Source: an uncultured delta proteobacterium (GTDB lineage: Bacteria; Myxococcota_A; Polyangia; Polyangiales; Polyangiaceae). From it: a DNA stretch of 64,000 nt. Shown piece by piece: positions 30,693 to 39,702 of this stretch; within the stretch, counting starts at the first letter, position 1, and every line of letters begins with the position of its first letter. The stretch covers positions 192,001 to 256,000 of the forward strand of contig CAWJCS010000006.1 in NCBI GenBank assembly GCA_963841435.1. Reading direction: 5' to 3'. Both the position numbers and the translations under genes were made by a program. The notes under the pieces were generated by a model that was given only the letters and a program-made list of their open reading frames with translations, did no database searches and was not told the origin of the DNA.

Positions 30693-32294
30693 ATGGCTCA
30701 GAGCACGCACCAAACGCCGCTTTCACGACCCCCGCCGAGCGAGCGCCTCGAACCGGTCAACGTCCTTTTGGTCGACGACCGCGCCGAGGATCTGCTTTCG
30801 CTCAGCGCGGTGCTCGATGGTCGCGGGTACCGGCTCGTGCGCGCGCGTTCCGGCGCCGAGGCGCTGCGCTGCCTGCTTCGCCAGGATTTCGCCGTCATCC
30901 TGCTCGACATCGTCATGCCGACCATGGATGGCTTCGAGGTTGCGGCGATGATCAAGCAGCGCGAGCGCTCGCGGCACACGCCGATCCTCTTCATGACTGC
31001 CGAGGGTGCCGACGTCGGGCGCCTGTATCGGGCCTACTCGGCGGGCGCCATCGACTGCCTCGAAAAACCGATCGATGTCAACGCGGTGCGCGCGAAAGTA
31101 GCGATCTTCGTGGATCTCTACCGCAAGGAGCTCACGCTGCGGCGTCAGGCGGTGGCTCTCCAGGAAGCCGAGCGGCGTGAGCACAACGTCCAGATTGCGG
31201 CGCTCGAGTTCGCCGCCACGCGGCGCTACGTGAACCTAGCCGAGGCAATTCCACACATCGTCTGGACCGCCTCGCCCGAGGGCGCGCTCGACTACGCGAA
31301 TCGCTGCTGGGTCGAATACACGGGTGTTCCGGTCGACGAGGCGCGCGGTGAAGGCTGGCAGGAGACGCTGCACGCCGACGACCGGGAGCCCTGCCGGCGG
31401 GCCTTCCAGAGCGCCATCGCCGCGGGCGATGCCTTCATGGTCGAGTGCCGGCTACGCCGCGCGGACGGGGCGTACCGCTACCACGTTTGCAGGGCGGCTC
31501 CGGAACGGGACCCGGAGGGCAAGCTCGCCGCGTGGCTCGGCACTTTCACCGATTTCGAAGAAATCAAACAAGCCATCGGTGCACGCGACGAGTTCATGGC
31601 GATCGCATCGCACGAGCTTCGTACGCCGCTCACGGCGCTCAAGCTGCGCATTCAGAGTCTCGTCCGGGTGCGCCAAGGCGATTCCGATCTGCGGGAACGG
31701 CTCGAAGGCGCTCTGCGCCAGACGGGTCGCCTCGAGCGGCTCATCGACAACCTGCTCGACGTGTCGCGAATCGCGACGGGGCACTTGGACGTCGAGCTGG
31801 AACCGCTCGACTTGTCGGAAACGGTACAGGAGGTCGCCGACCGATTCTCCGCGGACGCCGAGCGGGCGGGCGTGACCGTCGAGCTCGACTTGCCCGAAGA
31901 GAGTCAGGGCAGGTGGGACAGGCTGCGCGTCGAGCAGGTTCTTACGAATCTGCTCTCGAACGCTATCAAGTACGGGCAAGGCGGGGGGGTGTGCATCGCG
32001 CTGCGGATGAGCGAGCTCGAAGCAGAGATCCGTGTCACTGGCGGGTCACCCATCGCCCCAGCCAACCTCCAGCGCATCTTCGACCGCTTCGAGCGGGCAG
32101 GCGGGCCACGCTCGGCCGGCGGCCTCGGCGTGGGACTCTACGTGACGCGCCAAATCGTGGCGGCTCACGGGGGCACCATCGAGGCCCGCTGCGAGCCGGG
32201 GGACGTCCCCGTTTTCCTCGTGGCGCTACCGCGCTGGACGGAAACCGAGCCGCTGTCACCCGTCGCCGCGTCAGCGCGCGACGGCGTGGCATAA
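30693..32294 (+). CDS. REC-PAS-histidine kinase
   Basis: LLVDD...LLDIVMP, a PAS domain (IPHIVW...LHADD), [17 protein letters not shown] and GLGVGL. G1 box atypical. Confidence 0.92.
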   Translation: MAQSTHQTPLSRPPPSERLEPVNVLLVDDRAEDLLSLSAVLDGRGYRLVRARSGAEALRCLLRQDFAVILLDIVMPTMDGFEVAAMIKQRERSRHTPILFMTAEGADVGRLYRAYSAGAIDCLEKPIDVNAVRAKVAIFVDLYRKELTLRRQAVALQEAERREHNVQIAALEFAATRRYVNLAEAIPHIVWTASPEGALDYANRCWVEYTGVPVDEARGEGWQETLHADDREPCRRAFQSAIAAGDAFMVECRLRRADGAYRYHVCRAAPERDPEGKLAAWLGTFTDFEEIKQAIGARDEFMAIASHELRTPLTALKLRIQSLVRVRQGDSDLRERLEGALRQTGRLERLIDNLLDVSRIATGHLDVELEPLDLSETVQEVADRFSADAERAGVTVELDLPEESQGRWDRLRVEQVLTNLLSNAIKYGQGGGVCIALRMSELEAEIRVTGGSPIAPANLQRIFDRFERAGGPRSAGGLGVGLYVTRQIVAAHGGTIEARCEPGDVPVFLVALPRWTETEPLSPVAASARDGVA

Positions 32295-32365
32295 AGCCGC
32301 GCCCCCGGACGGCGACGCCGCTCGAACAGCGTCGCTTTTTCCCTGGTTCCGAACACACGTTGCAC

Positions 32366-32381
32366 TGGCATGATCGATGCT
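32366..32381 (+). promoter_or_regulatory. Putative sigma54 (-24/-12) promoter
   Basis: TGGCATGATCGATGCT fits GG-N10-GC, upstream of the single-domain regulator. Confidence 0.6.
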
Positions 32382-32392
32382 TCAACTAGCTC

Positions 32393-32833
32393 ATGCTGCC
32401 AAAACCGTCCGCGTTGTTCGGGGTCCGGAGTCGCGTGCTGCGGGACTGTGTCCCACGGGTGCTATTGGCCGACGACGACCCCGACATCCGCGCCGAGCTG
32501 GCCTCCATCCTCGCCGAGGACGGCTGCTCTGTCGTGGAGGCGCGGGATGGCTACGAGCTCATGGACCTCCTCGCTCCGTACGCCACATCGCCCGGCGTAG
32601 CACCGTATGACGCGATCGTGACCAACGTCATGATGCCCGGGTTCAGCGGTCTCGACGTGCTCACAGCGGTAAGGCGTCACCTTGGCAGGACGCCCGTCCT
32701 GGTCGTCACCGCCTTCGGCGACACTCGCACTTGCCTCGCCGCGCGGGCGCTCGGCAACGTCGCCGTCATGAAGAAGCCGATCGATCTCGACGATCTCCGG
32801 GCCACTCTGGCAAACTTGCTCGAAATGGCCTGA
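32393..32833 (+). CDS. Single-domain response regulator (Asn at the phosphoacceptor position)
   Basis: LLADDD, IVTNVMMPG, VVTAFG and KKP. Confidence 0.88.
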   Translation: MLPKPSALFGVRSRVLRDCVPRVLLADDDPDIRAELASILAEDGCSVVEARDGYELMDLLAPYATSPGVAPYDAIVTNVMMPGFSGLDVLTAVRRHLGRTPVLVVTAFGDTRTCLAARALGNVAVMKKPIDLDDLRATLANLLEMA

Positions 32834-32856
32834 GACTGGCGCCGCGGGGCCGCCCT

Positions 32857-33250
32857 TCAGTGCTTCGAGGCACGCCGACGGCGCGGCGCAGGGACTGGGC
32901 CGTCTCCCCAAAAGCGGCGCTCGGGTCCCAGATCCGGAGCGAGAGCCCGGGGCCGTCCTTCCGGATCGCGCTCGAAGACACCCCGAGCTCCACGACGCAG
33001 TCGCGATCGTACGGGTCGTTGCCCCACCTGCCTCGCCGGCGCTCGAGCGGCACGCCGTTCAGCGTCGCCTTTGCGTCGGGGGCAGGGAGCTTGCAGGGGC
33101 CTTGGGGTCGTGTTCCGAAGCCACGATTGCGACGGCGCCCAGCGAAACGAGAGAGACGGAGGGGTTGAGCGTCGGGTCGGGGATGTCGGCCAGGCGCTTC
33201 ACGGGAGAGCACGCGAAGGCAGCGCCGAAGACGGCTACCGCCCCACGTGC
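32857..33250 (-). pseudogene. Frameshifted/truncated lipoprotein
   Basis: VAVFGAAFAC lipobox in one frame. It continues as QGPCKLPAPDAKATLNGVPLER...DRDCVVEL after a C4 run near 33105. Ends uncertain. Confidence 0.5.
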
Positions 33251-33270
33251 GAGCTTGCGGCTCGGGTCCC

Positions 33271-34185
33271 TCACCGCTCCGCGCCCACACCCGCGCCTCC
33301 CCCGACCCTCCGGAGCGTCGCCTCCAGTTGCCCCCGCGCATCCCTCTGCGCCCTCGCCGCCCAAACCTGGATCTCCACGGTCACGATCCGCTCGTTCTCC
33401 GCGCCCCGCGTCACGTCCACGAGGCTCTCCGGCGCTCGATACGGCGACAGCGCTGCCACCTGACGCAACCGCTCGAGCATTTTCTGGTCCGGCCGCTCTT
33501 CGAGCTCCAGTCGCACGCGGACGGGCACGCTGTTGCGCGCTCGCCCGACGACGACGGGTAGCTCGTTCAGGAGCCGATTCGGCACGAGCACGGTCGAGCC
33601 GTCCGCGCCGCGTAGGTAGAGCTGCCCGATGCCGACCTCGCGGACGACGCCTTCGTGGTCGCCGACTTTGACGCGGTCCCCAACCCGAATTCTGCGCCGC
33701 AGCGTCAGCGCAATCCCCGCGAACACGTTCGGCACGAACCCCGACAGGAACAGTGCGCCCAAGAGCGCCGCCATGAGAAATACCCCCGTGAGCACCGGCG
33801 CAACCCCGAGCGCCCCGCGCAGGAGCGTCAGAGTGGCGAGTAGCGCGACGACCAGGCGCAAGAGGCCCGAGGTGCGCGCCCAGCGGCGCTCGCCGTCGAA
33901 GCCGAGGCGCCAGGCGAGCTTGACCAGCGTCTGAATCAGCGTGTTCAGCGCGAAGGCGAGCGCGACGACGAGCGCGATGAAAAGGAGGTGTGTCGGCCCG
34001 AACAGGCTGCCGAGGGCTTCGCTTTCGTTCAGGAGCGCCTCGACCCCGGGAGCACCTCCCTTGGCCCCGGGGGACGTGCCAGGCGCCGTGCCCCGCGACG
34101 CGCAGCCGAGCGCAACGAGCGACCCCGCGACGACGAGCAGAGCGGCCGGGACCCGTGCCAAGGAGCTAGCGCGTGATGCCGGCAT
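33271..34185 (-). CDS. MscS family mechanosensitive channel domain protein
   Basis: TM segments, NVFAGI, IRVGDRVKVGDHEGVVREVG and VLVPN. Confidence 0.9.
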   Translation of the reverse strand: MPASRASSLARVPAALLVVAGSLVALGCASRGTAPGTSPGAKGGAPGVEALLNESEALGSLFGPTHLLFIALVVALAFALNTLIQTLVKLAWRLGFDGERRWARTSGLLRLVVALLATLTLLRGALGVAPVLTGVFLMAALLGALFLSGFVPNVFAGIALTLRRRIRVGDRVKVGDHEGVVREVGIGQLYLRGADGSTVLVPNRLLNELPVVVGRARNSVPVRVRLELEERPDQKMLERLRQVAALSPYRAPESLVDVTRGAENERIVTVEIQVWAARAQRDARGQLEATLRRVGGGAGVGAER

Positions 34186-37100
34186 CGCGGAGGGCTCCTA
34201 GGACTAAGGGTTTGAGACGGGGGACGACGGTTAGGCGCGATTCGGTCTGGGGGTCGCGGGAAAGGACGCCGGAGGAGAGGAAGAAGTGGGTGTGGCGGCC
34301 GATTTCGGCTTCGGTAAGCTCGAGGTAGCGGGCGAGCTCGGGCTCGTCGAAGGGGCCGAAGCGGGTGAGGTGCGAGAGGATGGCGAGCTGGCTCGCGGAG
34401 AGGTGCGTGAGCAGGGAGAGGCCGATGCGCAGGTCCAGCTGGAGCTCGAGCTCGATGGAGCCGTCGGGCGCGACGCGCGCGGCGCGAAGCCAGGAGAGGA
34501 CGGCAGCGCTGAGGTTGCCTTCGGTGCTGCGCGCGAGCATGCGGAGGAAGACCCCGCGCGCGTCGCCGAAGCCGAAGCGGCGCAGGAGCTTGCTGAGGGC
34601 GGTCCGGGGGTAGACGACGGCGCGACGGCTGATGCCGTGGCGCCCTTCGAGGAAGCTGCCGAGCTTTTCGACGGAGAGGGGTGCGATGGCGATGACGCGC
34701 GTGAAGGCAGGCTTGATGGGCATGACCTCTTCGAGCAGCGCGAGGCTCGATTGCTCGACGGCCACGAGCCAGAAGACTTGGCTGTCGGTCGCGACGACGA
34801 GCTCGAGGAAGCGCGTGAGCTCGGCGATGCCCGCCGCGTCCGGCGTGAACCATTGCTCGAGGTCGTCGATGAGGACGGTGGTACGGGTGTCCTTGAGGGC
34901 GAGGGCCATGTCGCTCACGCGGTCGCCGAGGCCGAGCTCGATGGAAAGGGCGCGGACGATGCCGATGCTACGGCGCCATTCGATGGGCTCGGGGCGGATG
35001 ACGCGCGGGGCGCTGAGCTCGACCTCGCACAGGTTCAAGAGCGAGGTGCGGCCTGAGCCGGAGCGGCCGACGAGCAGGGCGGAGCCGCGCCGGCCCTGGA
35101 GGCTGCTTCGCTCCGTGGCGAGGAGCTCCTGCAGGGTCTCGCGGTTGGCGGTGAAGAGGGCGTGCTTGCGCACGGGCTCGGCGCGCCAGAGGCGGGCGTA
35201 GTCGCGCGGCAGGTGCGTGAGGTCGGCGAAGCGGGCGAGGTGGGTGTCGAGCGAGGCGGCGTCAACGCCTTCGCGCTGGTAGCGCGCGCGGACGCCTTTG
35301 GACAGGTCGCTGCCGAGCAATCGGGCCCAGGCGGCGCGGCCGCGCGTGGTGAGGCGGGCGAGCGCCAGGAAGGGGCGCTCGAGCGGGCGCTTGAGACGCG
35401 TGAAGAAGGTGATGTGCTCGGCCTCTTCGGCGCCCCGCGCGCGGACCTCGAAGATGCCGGTGATCTCGCGGTAGGCGGCGCCGGCGCGCTCGCGCACGCC
35501 GCGGCTCGCGCTCTGTTGGCCCTGCTCCAGCGTCTTTAGCTGCTCGTCGAGGCGCATCAGCGCGCGGTCGAAGGCGCGCTGGACCGCTTTCATCTCGGTC
35601 TCGGCGCCGTGCGGCGGCGTTTCGAGGGCGTGCTCGCAGATTTCGACGGCCTCGCGGATGCGGGCGCCCGTGACGGCCATCTCGGCGAACACCTGGCGCA
35701 GCTGCTCGTCGAGCGCCGGGAAGAGGGTTTCGATGAGCACCTCTTCGACGCGCACGCGGAGCTCGACGGGCTCGACGCGGTAGGTCGCCGGGCTCGGCTC
35801 GGCGTCGAGGCTCTGCGCCTGCGGCACGAGCACGGTGGCGGGCAGGGTCTCGATGCTGACGCGGATCTCGCGCGCGACGCTGCCGACCGTCGCGGCGGAG
35901 CGGAAGCGCGTGGCGGCGAGAGCCAGGCGGCGCTGCGCTTCGGGCGGGCAGGTGCCACGCGCCCACTCGGCGAGGACGGCGCGCCGCTCGACGCCGAGCT
36001 CCGCGGTCTTTGCGATCTCCGTCGCGAGCTCGCTCAGGCGCTGGCGCGCGGCGCCGAGGACGGAGCTGGCGACCTCGAGCGAGGCCTGGGCAGGACCGAG
36101 CACGGTCGCGTCGAGCGTCCTGCGGATGCGAGCGACCAGGCTCTCTATTTCGAGCTTGGCCTTGAGCTCGGCCTGCTTGCCCTCGAGCACGGGCTTCCAC
36201 GCCGCGGGATCGGCGCGCAGGCGCTCGAGGCGGCGGTGGATGCTCGGCTCCTTGTCCGAGAGGCGGATTTTGGCGCTGGGCAGGCTCGGCCCGCCGGCGA
36301 TCGCGAGCGAGCGCACGAATTCTTCGAAGCCGGTCAGGACGTAGAGGCGGGAGTGGCGCTCGAAGTTGACGAGGAAGCGCGCGAGGCTCGAGCTCGCGGC
36401 CAGGCGGGTTTGCTCGCGGTCTTCGCCGTTCTGGCGCGAGCGCTCGAGCTCGGTGAGCAGGTGCGCCTGCGCTTCGCTCCAGGCCGAGAGGGTGGAGAGG
36501 GCGAGGCCGGCCAGGCGCGCTTCGAGCGTGAGGCGGGCCACCAGGCGCGAGGGCACGCGGCGCGTGGCGGGACCGAAGCGGAAGAGGCGCCCGACGGCGC
36601 GGCTCCGCTTGCGGAAGCGGACGCGGAAGGGATCGCCCGGGAGCACTTTCTTGTTCGTGCGCTCGAGCGGGACGAGGGTGCGCGATTCGACGGAGCGCAG
36701 GCGCGCTTGCAGATCGCTGAAGAGGCGGTGGCACGCCGCCGCGCGATCCGGCAGGTCTTCGGCGTGGGGGACCTGGCTCCAGGCGTGCAGGGCGTCGGCG
36801 ATGTCGTCGTCGCTCTCGACCTCGGTCAGGACTTTCTCGAGCGGGCCACCGATGGTTTTGACCCAAGGCTCGAGCTCGGTGTGGAGGAAGTCGTCGAGGC
36901 GCTCGGAGATGTCGGCGTGCAGCACGACGACCAGATCCTGGAGCTTCTCGCTCTCGAGCTCGCCCGCGATGGCGGTGATCTCGCGCAGCTCCTCGACCGC
37001 GACGGGCGGCACCTCGGTGCTGCGCTCCGGATCGGCCCCGGGGGGCGCGCCGCTCGGCGTGGTGGCTCGTTCTGGCTGCTCGGCCTCGCCTTCATGCGTT

Positions 37101-38374
37101 TCGCCCGCTCGCTTGAGGATGCGCTTGAGGGCGATGGGGCCGACCAGGAGGTTGATGGCGACGCCCGCCATCCCGAGCGTCTTCAGCTGGTCGCCGACCA
37201 TGGGCAGCTGCTGCGCGGACAGGCCCACGAGGCCGAGGGTCACGCCCGCTTGCGGCAGGTAGCCGAGCCAGGCGTGGTCGCGGATCAGAGGGCGCTCATG
37301 GCCGAAGCGACCGCCGACGCGCGAGGCAACGCGGTAGCCGACGGCGCGCGCGAGGGCGAGGGCAATGGCGACGGGCAGGATGCCGAGCGTCGAGTGCAGG
37401 TCGACGCTGGCGCCCGCGATCGTGAAAAAGACGATGAAGACGGGCAGCGCCACCATCTGCACGGCGGGCATCAGATCGTGCTCGTGGCGGCTGGCGTTGC
37501 GCACGACGAAGCCGGCGGTGATGAACACCAAGAGCAGCTCGAGGTGCAGCGTCCGCCCCACCTCCGACACGACCAGGATCATGGCCGCGACGAAGAGCAG
37601 CATCTCCGCCTTGACCAGGCGGATGTACAGGATGAGCAGGCCGCCGAGCACGGCGCCGGCGAGGAGCGAGCTGCCGAGCTCCTTGCCCACCAGGACCAGA
37701 ACCGATTCGCTTTCGTGCTCGCCGGGGACGAGCCAGCTCTTCGAGAGCGCCACCGCCACGGCCAGGCAGATGACGACGATGAGGTCCTTGAGGACGGCGG
37801 CGCCGAGCACGAGGTCGGTGAGGCGGCCACGAGCGCGGGACTCGGTTTTGACGGCGAGGGCGATGGCAGGCGAGGTGCCGATGGAGAGCACGCCGAGCAC
37901 GAGCGCGACGGAGTAGACGTGGGCGCGATCGCCGAACCCGAGCGCGGGCACCGAAAGGGCGATGGCGACGAAGGTGCCGCCCACGAGCACGACGCCGAGC
38001 ACGATCTTGACCGCGATGGTGCCGAGCAGGGTGTAGAGGACCTTCGCGATCTCCTTCACGTCGAGCTCGAGACCCGCGCCCGTGGCGATGAGGCCGAGCG
38101 CCAAGGCGTTGAACATGCGCATCTCGCCGACGACGCTCTTGGACAGCACGTTGGCGACGGACGGGCCGAGCGCGACGCCGGCCAAGATGTAGCCGGTGAC
38201 GCGCGGCAGGGTGAGCCCGCTGCCGACCTCGGCGAGCGTGAAGGAGGCGAGAAGGACGAAGCCGATGGCCGCGAGCGTCATCGGATCGCGCGCGCCGGGG
38301 ATGGGCTCGGCGCGCAGGAGCTGCAGGGAGAACATCACCCCGAACAGCACCAGAAGGACGATGATCCGCCTCAC
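34166..38374 (-). CDS. Cation:proton antiporter (CPA) fused to a long helical region, a P-loop NTPase and a winged-helix-like tail (1402 aa)
   Basis: N-terminal ~420 aa polytopic (LPRVTGYILAGVALGP, GLELD, GTSPA, LKD, PQAGVTLGL). C-terminal GRSGSGRTS Walker A and VLIDDLE Walker B. Confidence 0.88.
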   Translation of the reverse strand: MRRIIVLLVLFGVMFSLQLLRAEPIPGARDPMTLAAIGFVLLASFTLAEVGSGLTLPRVTGYILAGVALGPSVANVLSKSVVGEMRMFNALALGLIATGAGLELDVKEIAKVLYTLLGTIAVKIVLGVVLVGGTFVAIALSVPALGFGDRAHVYSVALVLGVLSIGTSPAIALAVKTESRARGRLTDLVLGAAVLKDLIVVICLAVAVALSKSWLVPGEHESESVLVLVGKELGSSLLAGAVLGGLLILYIRLVKAEMLLFVAAMILVVSEVGRTLHLELLLVFITAGFVVRNASRHEHDLMPAVQMVALPVFIVFFTIAGASVDLHSTLGILPVAIALALARAVGYRVASRVGGRFGHERPLIRDHAWLGYLPQAGVTLGLVGLSAQQLPMVGDQLKTLGMAGVAINLLVGPIALKRILKRAGETHEGEAEQPERATTPSGAPPGADPERSTEVPPVAVEELREITAIAGELESEKLQDLVVVLHADISERLDDFLHTELEPWVKTIGGPLEKVLTEVESDDDIADALHAWSQVPHAEDLPDRAAACHRLFSDLQARLRSVESRTLVPLERTNKKVLPGDPFRVRFRKRSRAVGRLFRFGPATRRVPSRLVARLTLEARLAGLALSTLSAWSEAQAHLLTELERSRQNGEDREQTRLAASSSLARFLVNFERHSRLYVLTGFEEFVRSLAIAGGPSLPSAKIRLSDKEPSIHRRLERLRADPAAWKPVLEGKQAELKAKLEIESLVARIRRTLDATVLGPAQASLEVASSVLGAARQRLSELATEIAKTAELGVERRAVLAEWARGTCPPEAQRRLALAATRFRSAATVGSVAREIRVSIETLPATVLVPQAQSLDAEPSPATYRVEPVELRVRVEEVLIETLFPALDEQLRQVFAEMAVTGARIREAVEICEHALETPPHGAETEMKAVQRAFDRALMRLDEQLKTLEQGQQSASRGVRERAGAAYREITGIFEVRARGAEEAEHITFFTRLKRPLERPFLALARLTTRGRAAWARLLGSDLSKGVRARYQREGVDAASLDTHLARFADLTHLPRDYARLWRAEPVRKHALFTANRETLQELLATERSSLQGRRGSALLVGRSGSGRTSLLNLCEVELSAPRVIRPEPIEWRRSIGIVRALSIELGLGDRVSDMALALKDTRTTVLIDDLEQWFTPDAAGIAELTRFLELVVATDSQVFWLVAVEQSSLALLEEVMPIKPAFTRVIAIAPLSVEKLGSFLEGRHGISRRAVVYPRTALSKLLRRFGFGDARGVFLRMLARSTEGNLSAAVLSWLRAARVAPDGSIELELQLDLRIGLSLLTHLSASQLAILSHLTRFGPFDEPELARYLELTEAEIGRHTHFFLSSGVLSRDPQTESRLTVVPRLKPLVLGALRDAGITR

Positions 38375-39702
38375 GACGACGCCTCCCCGTGGCCAGGCGT
38401 CGGGAGCGCGGGCGCGGGCGGCGACGAGCTCGTTTTGGGCTCGGGGGCGAGGTTCACGTCGCTGCCGAGCTCACCGGCGTCCGACAGGACGCGGCGGGTG
38501 ACGCGCTGGCTGAAGAGCTCGGAGAGCAGCGTGCCGAGCAGCACCGTCGTCAAGACGAGCGACTCCCATTTGGGGAAGCGCATCGCAAAATCGACGGCGA
38601 TGGCCGTGGCGAGCGTGCCCTGGCCGAGGAAGGCCAGACCGATGCGCGGGACCGGCTCGCTCAAAAGCAGGCGCGAGAAGAAGCCCGTGACCAGGCGGCG
38701 CGCCGCGACGCGCACGACGACGTAGGCGAACGGCATGAGCCAGGCGAGGCCGCGTACCGGGGACCAGAGCGCGCCCGCGAAGATCATGGTGAGCACGAAC
38801 AGGACGTGCTGCAGGCGGTCGAGCTCGTGGCGCAGGCGGCCGGCGTGCGAGGAGGTGGTGGCGACGGTGAGGCCGGCGAGGAGGTTCACGAAGAGCGGCG
38901 AGACGGCGAGCACGGCCCCGGCTCCGGCGGCGAAGGTGACCAGGCCCACGCTCGCGAGGAAGATGCGGCTCGGATCGCTGTCCTTGCCGATGAACAGGCC
39001 GAAAAGCAGACCGAGCACGACGCTGCCGGCGATGGCCGCGACCTCCCACTGCCAGACGTGGAGCGAGATGCTGCCGCCGCTGCCCTCGGCGGCACGCGTG
39101 GTCGCGAGCACCAAGCCGAGCACGATGACGGCCGTGAGCTGGCTCGCCCGGGCGGCCGCCTGCAGGACGTCGGTCACCGGGCCCGCGGCGCCGTGCACGC
39201 GAATGAGCCCCTCGATGAGCACGCTCGAGGTGACCGCGGCCGCCGCGCCGATGCAGAGCGCGAGCCAGAGGTGGTCGCTCGTCAGGTAGACCTCGAAGAG
39301 CCAGTCCGTGCCGCGCAAGAGCTCGCGCTGAAAGACCACGTGGTGCAGATCGCCCGGGACGAGGCTCACGAGCAGCGGGAGCAGGCAGGCGCCCGTGAGC
39401 GCGACGACGCCGAGCGCCGAGCCGAAGCCCAAGAAGGCGAGGCGGGGCGTCTTGATCGCCTCGCGGCCGCGCAGGCCCACGACGAAGCCCGTCAGGCCGA
39501 GCAGCAGCGAAATCAGCGGGCGCACGAAGTCGAGCGTCGACTCGTGCAGAAGGCCGAGGCCCGCATGCGGGCCGATGAGCACGCCGACGAGCATGTACTC
39601 GGCGCCGGACAGCACGACGTAGCGAGACGCGAAGCGCGCGACCAGGCGCCCGATGATGAAGCTCGAGATCACGACGACGACGAGCAGCAGCGTGACGCTC
39701 AC
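38371..39702 (-). CDS. Cation:proton antiporter-like membrane protein
   Basis: SGAEYMLVGVLIGP, VSPLFVNLLAG and FLGQGTLA; about 12 TM; GTGA overlaps at both ends. Confidence 0.82.
   Translation of the reverse strand: MSVTLLLVVVVISSFIIGRLVARFASRYVVLSGAEYMLVGVLIGPHAGLGLLHESTLDFVRPLISLLLGLTGFVVGLRGREAIKTPRLAFLGFGSALGVVALTGACLLPLLVSLVPGDLHHVVFQRELLRGTDWLFEVYLTSDHLWLALCIGAAAAVTSSVLIEGLIRVHGAAGPVTDVLQAAARASQLTAVIVLGLVLATTRAAEGSGGSISLHVWQWEVAAIAGSVVLGLLFGLFIGKDSDPSRIFLASVGLVTFAAGAGAVLAVSPLFVNLLAGLTVATTSSHAGRLRHELDRLQHVLFVLTMIFAGALWSPVRGLAWLMPFAYVVVRVAARRLVTGFFSRLLLSEPVPRIGLAFLGQGTLATAIAVDFAMRFPKWESLVLTTVLLGTLLSELFSQRVTRRVLSDAGELGSDVNLAPEPKTSSSPPAPALPTPGHGEASS

Noticed and set aside
35609-38725. 1038-aa plus-strand ORF and similar long antisense ORFs (2003..4009, 26199..28118, 38389..39786, 50864..52402)
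   Set aside because: These are shadow ORFs opposite well-supported genes in high-GC DNA, with no motifs.
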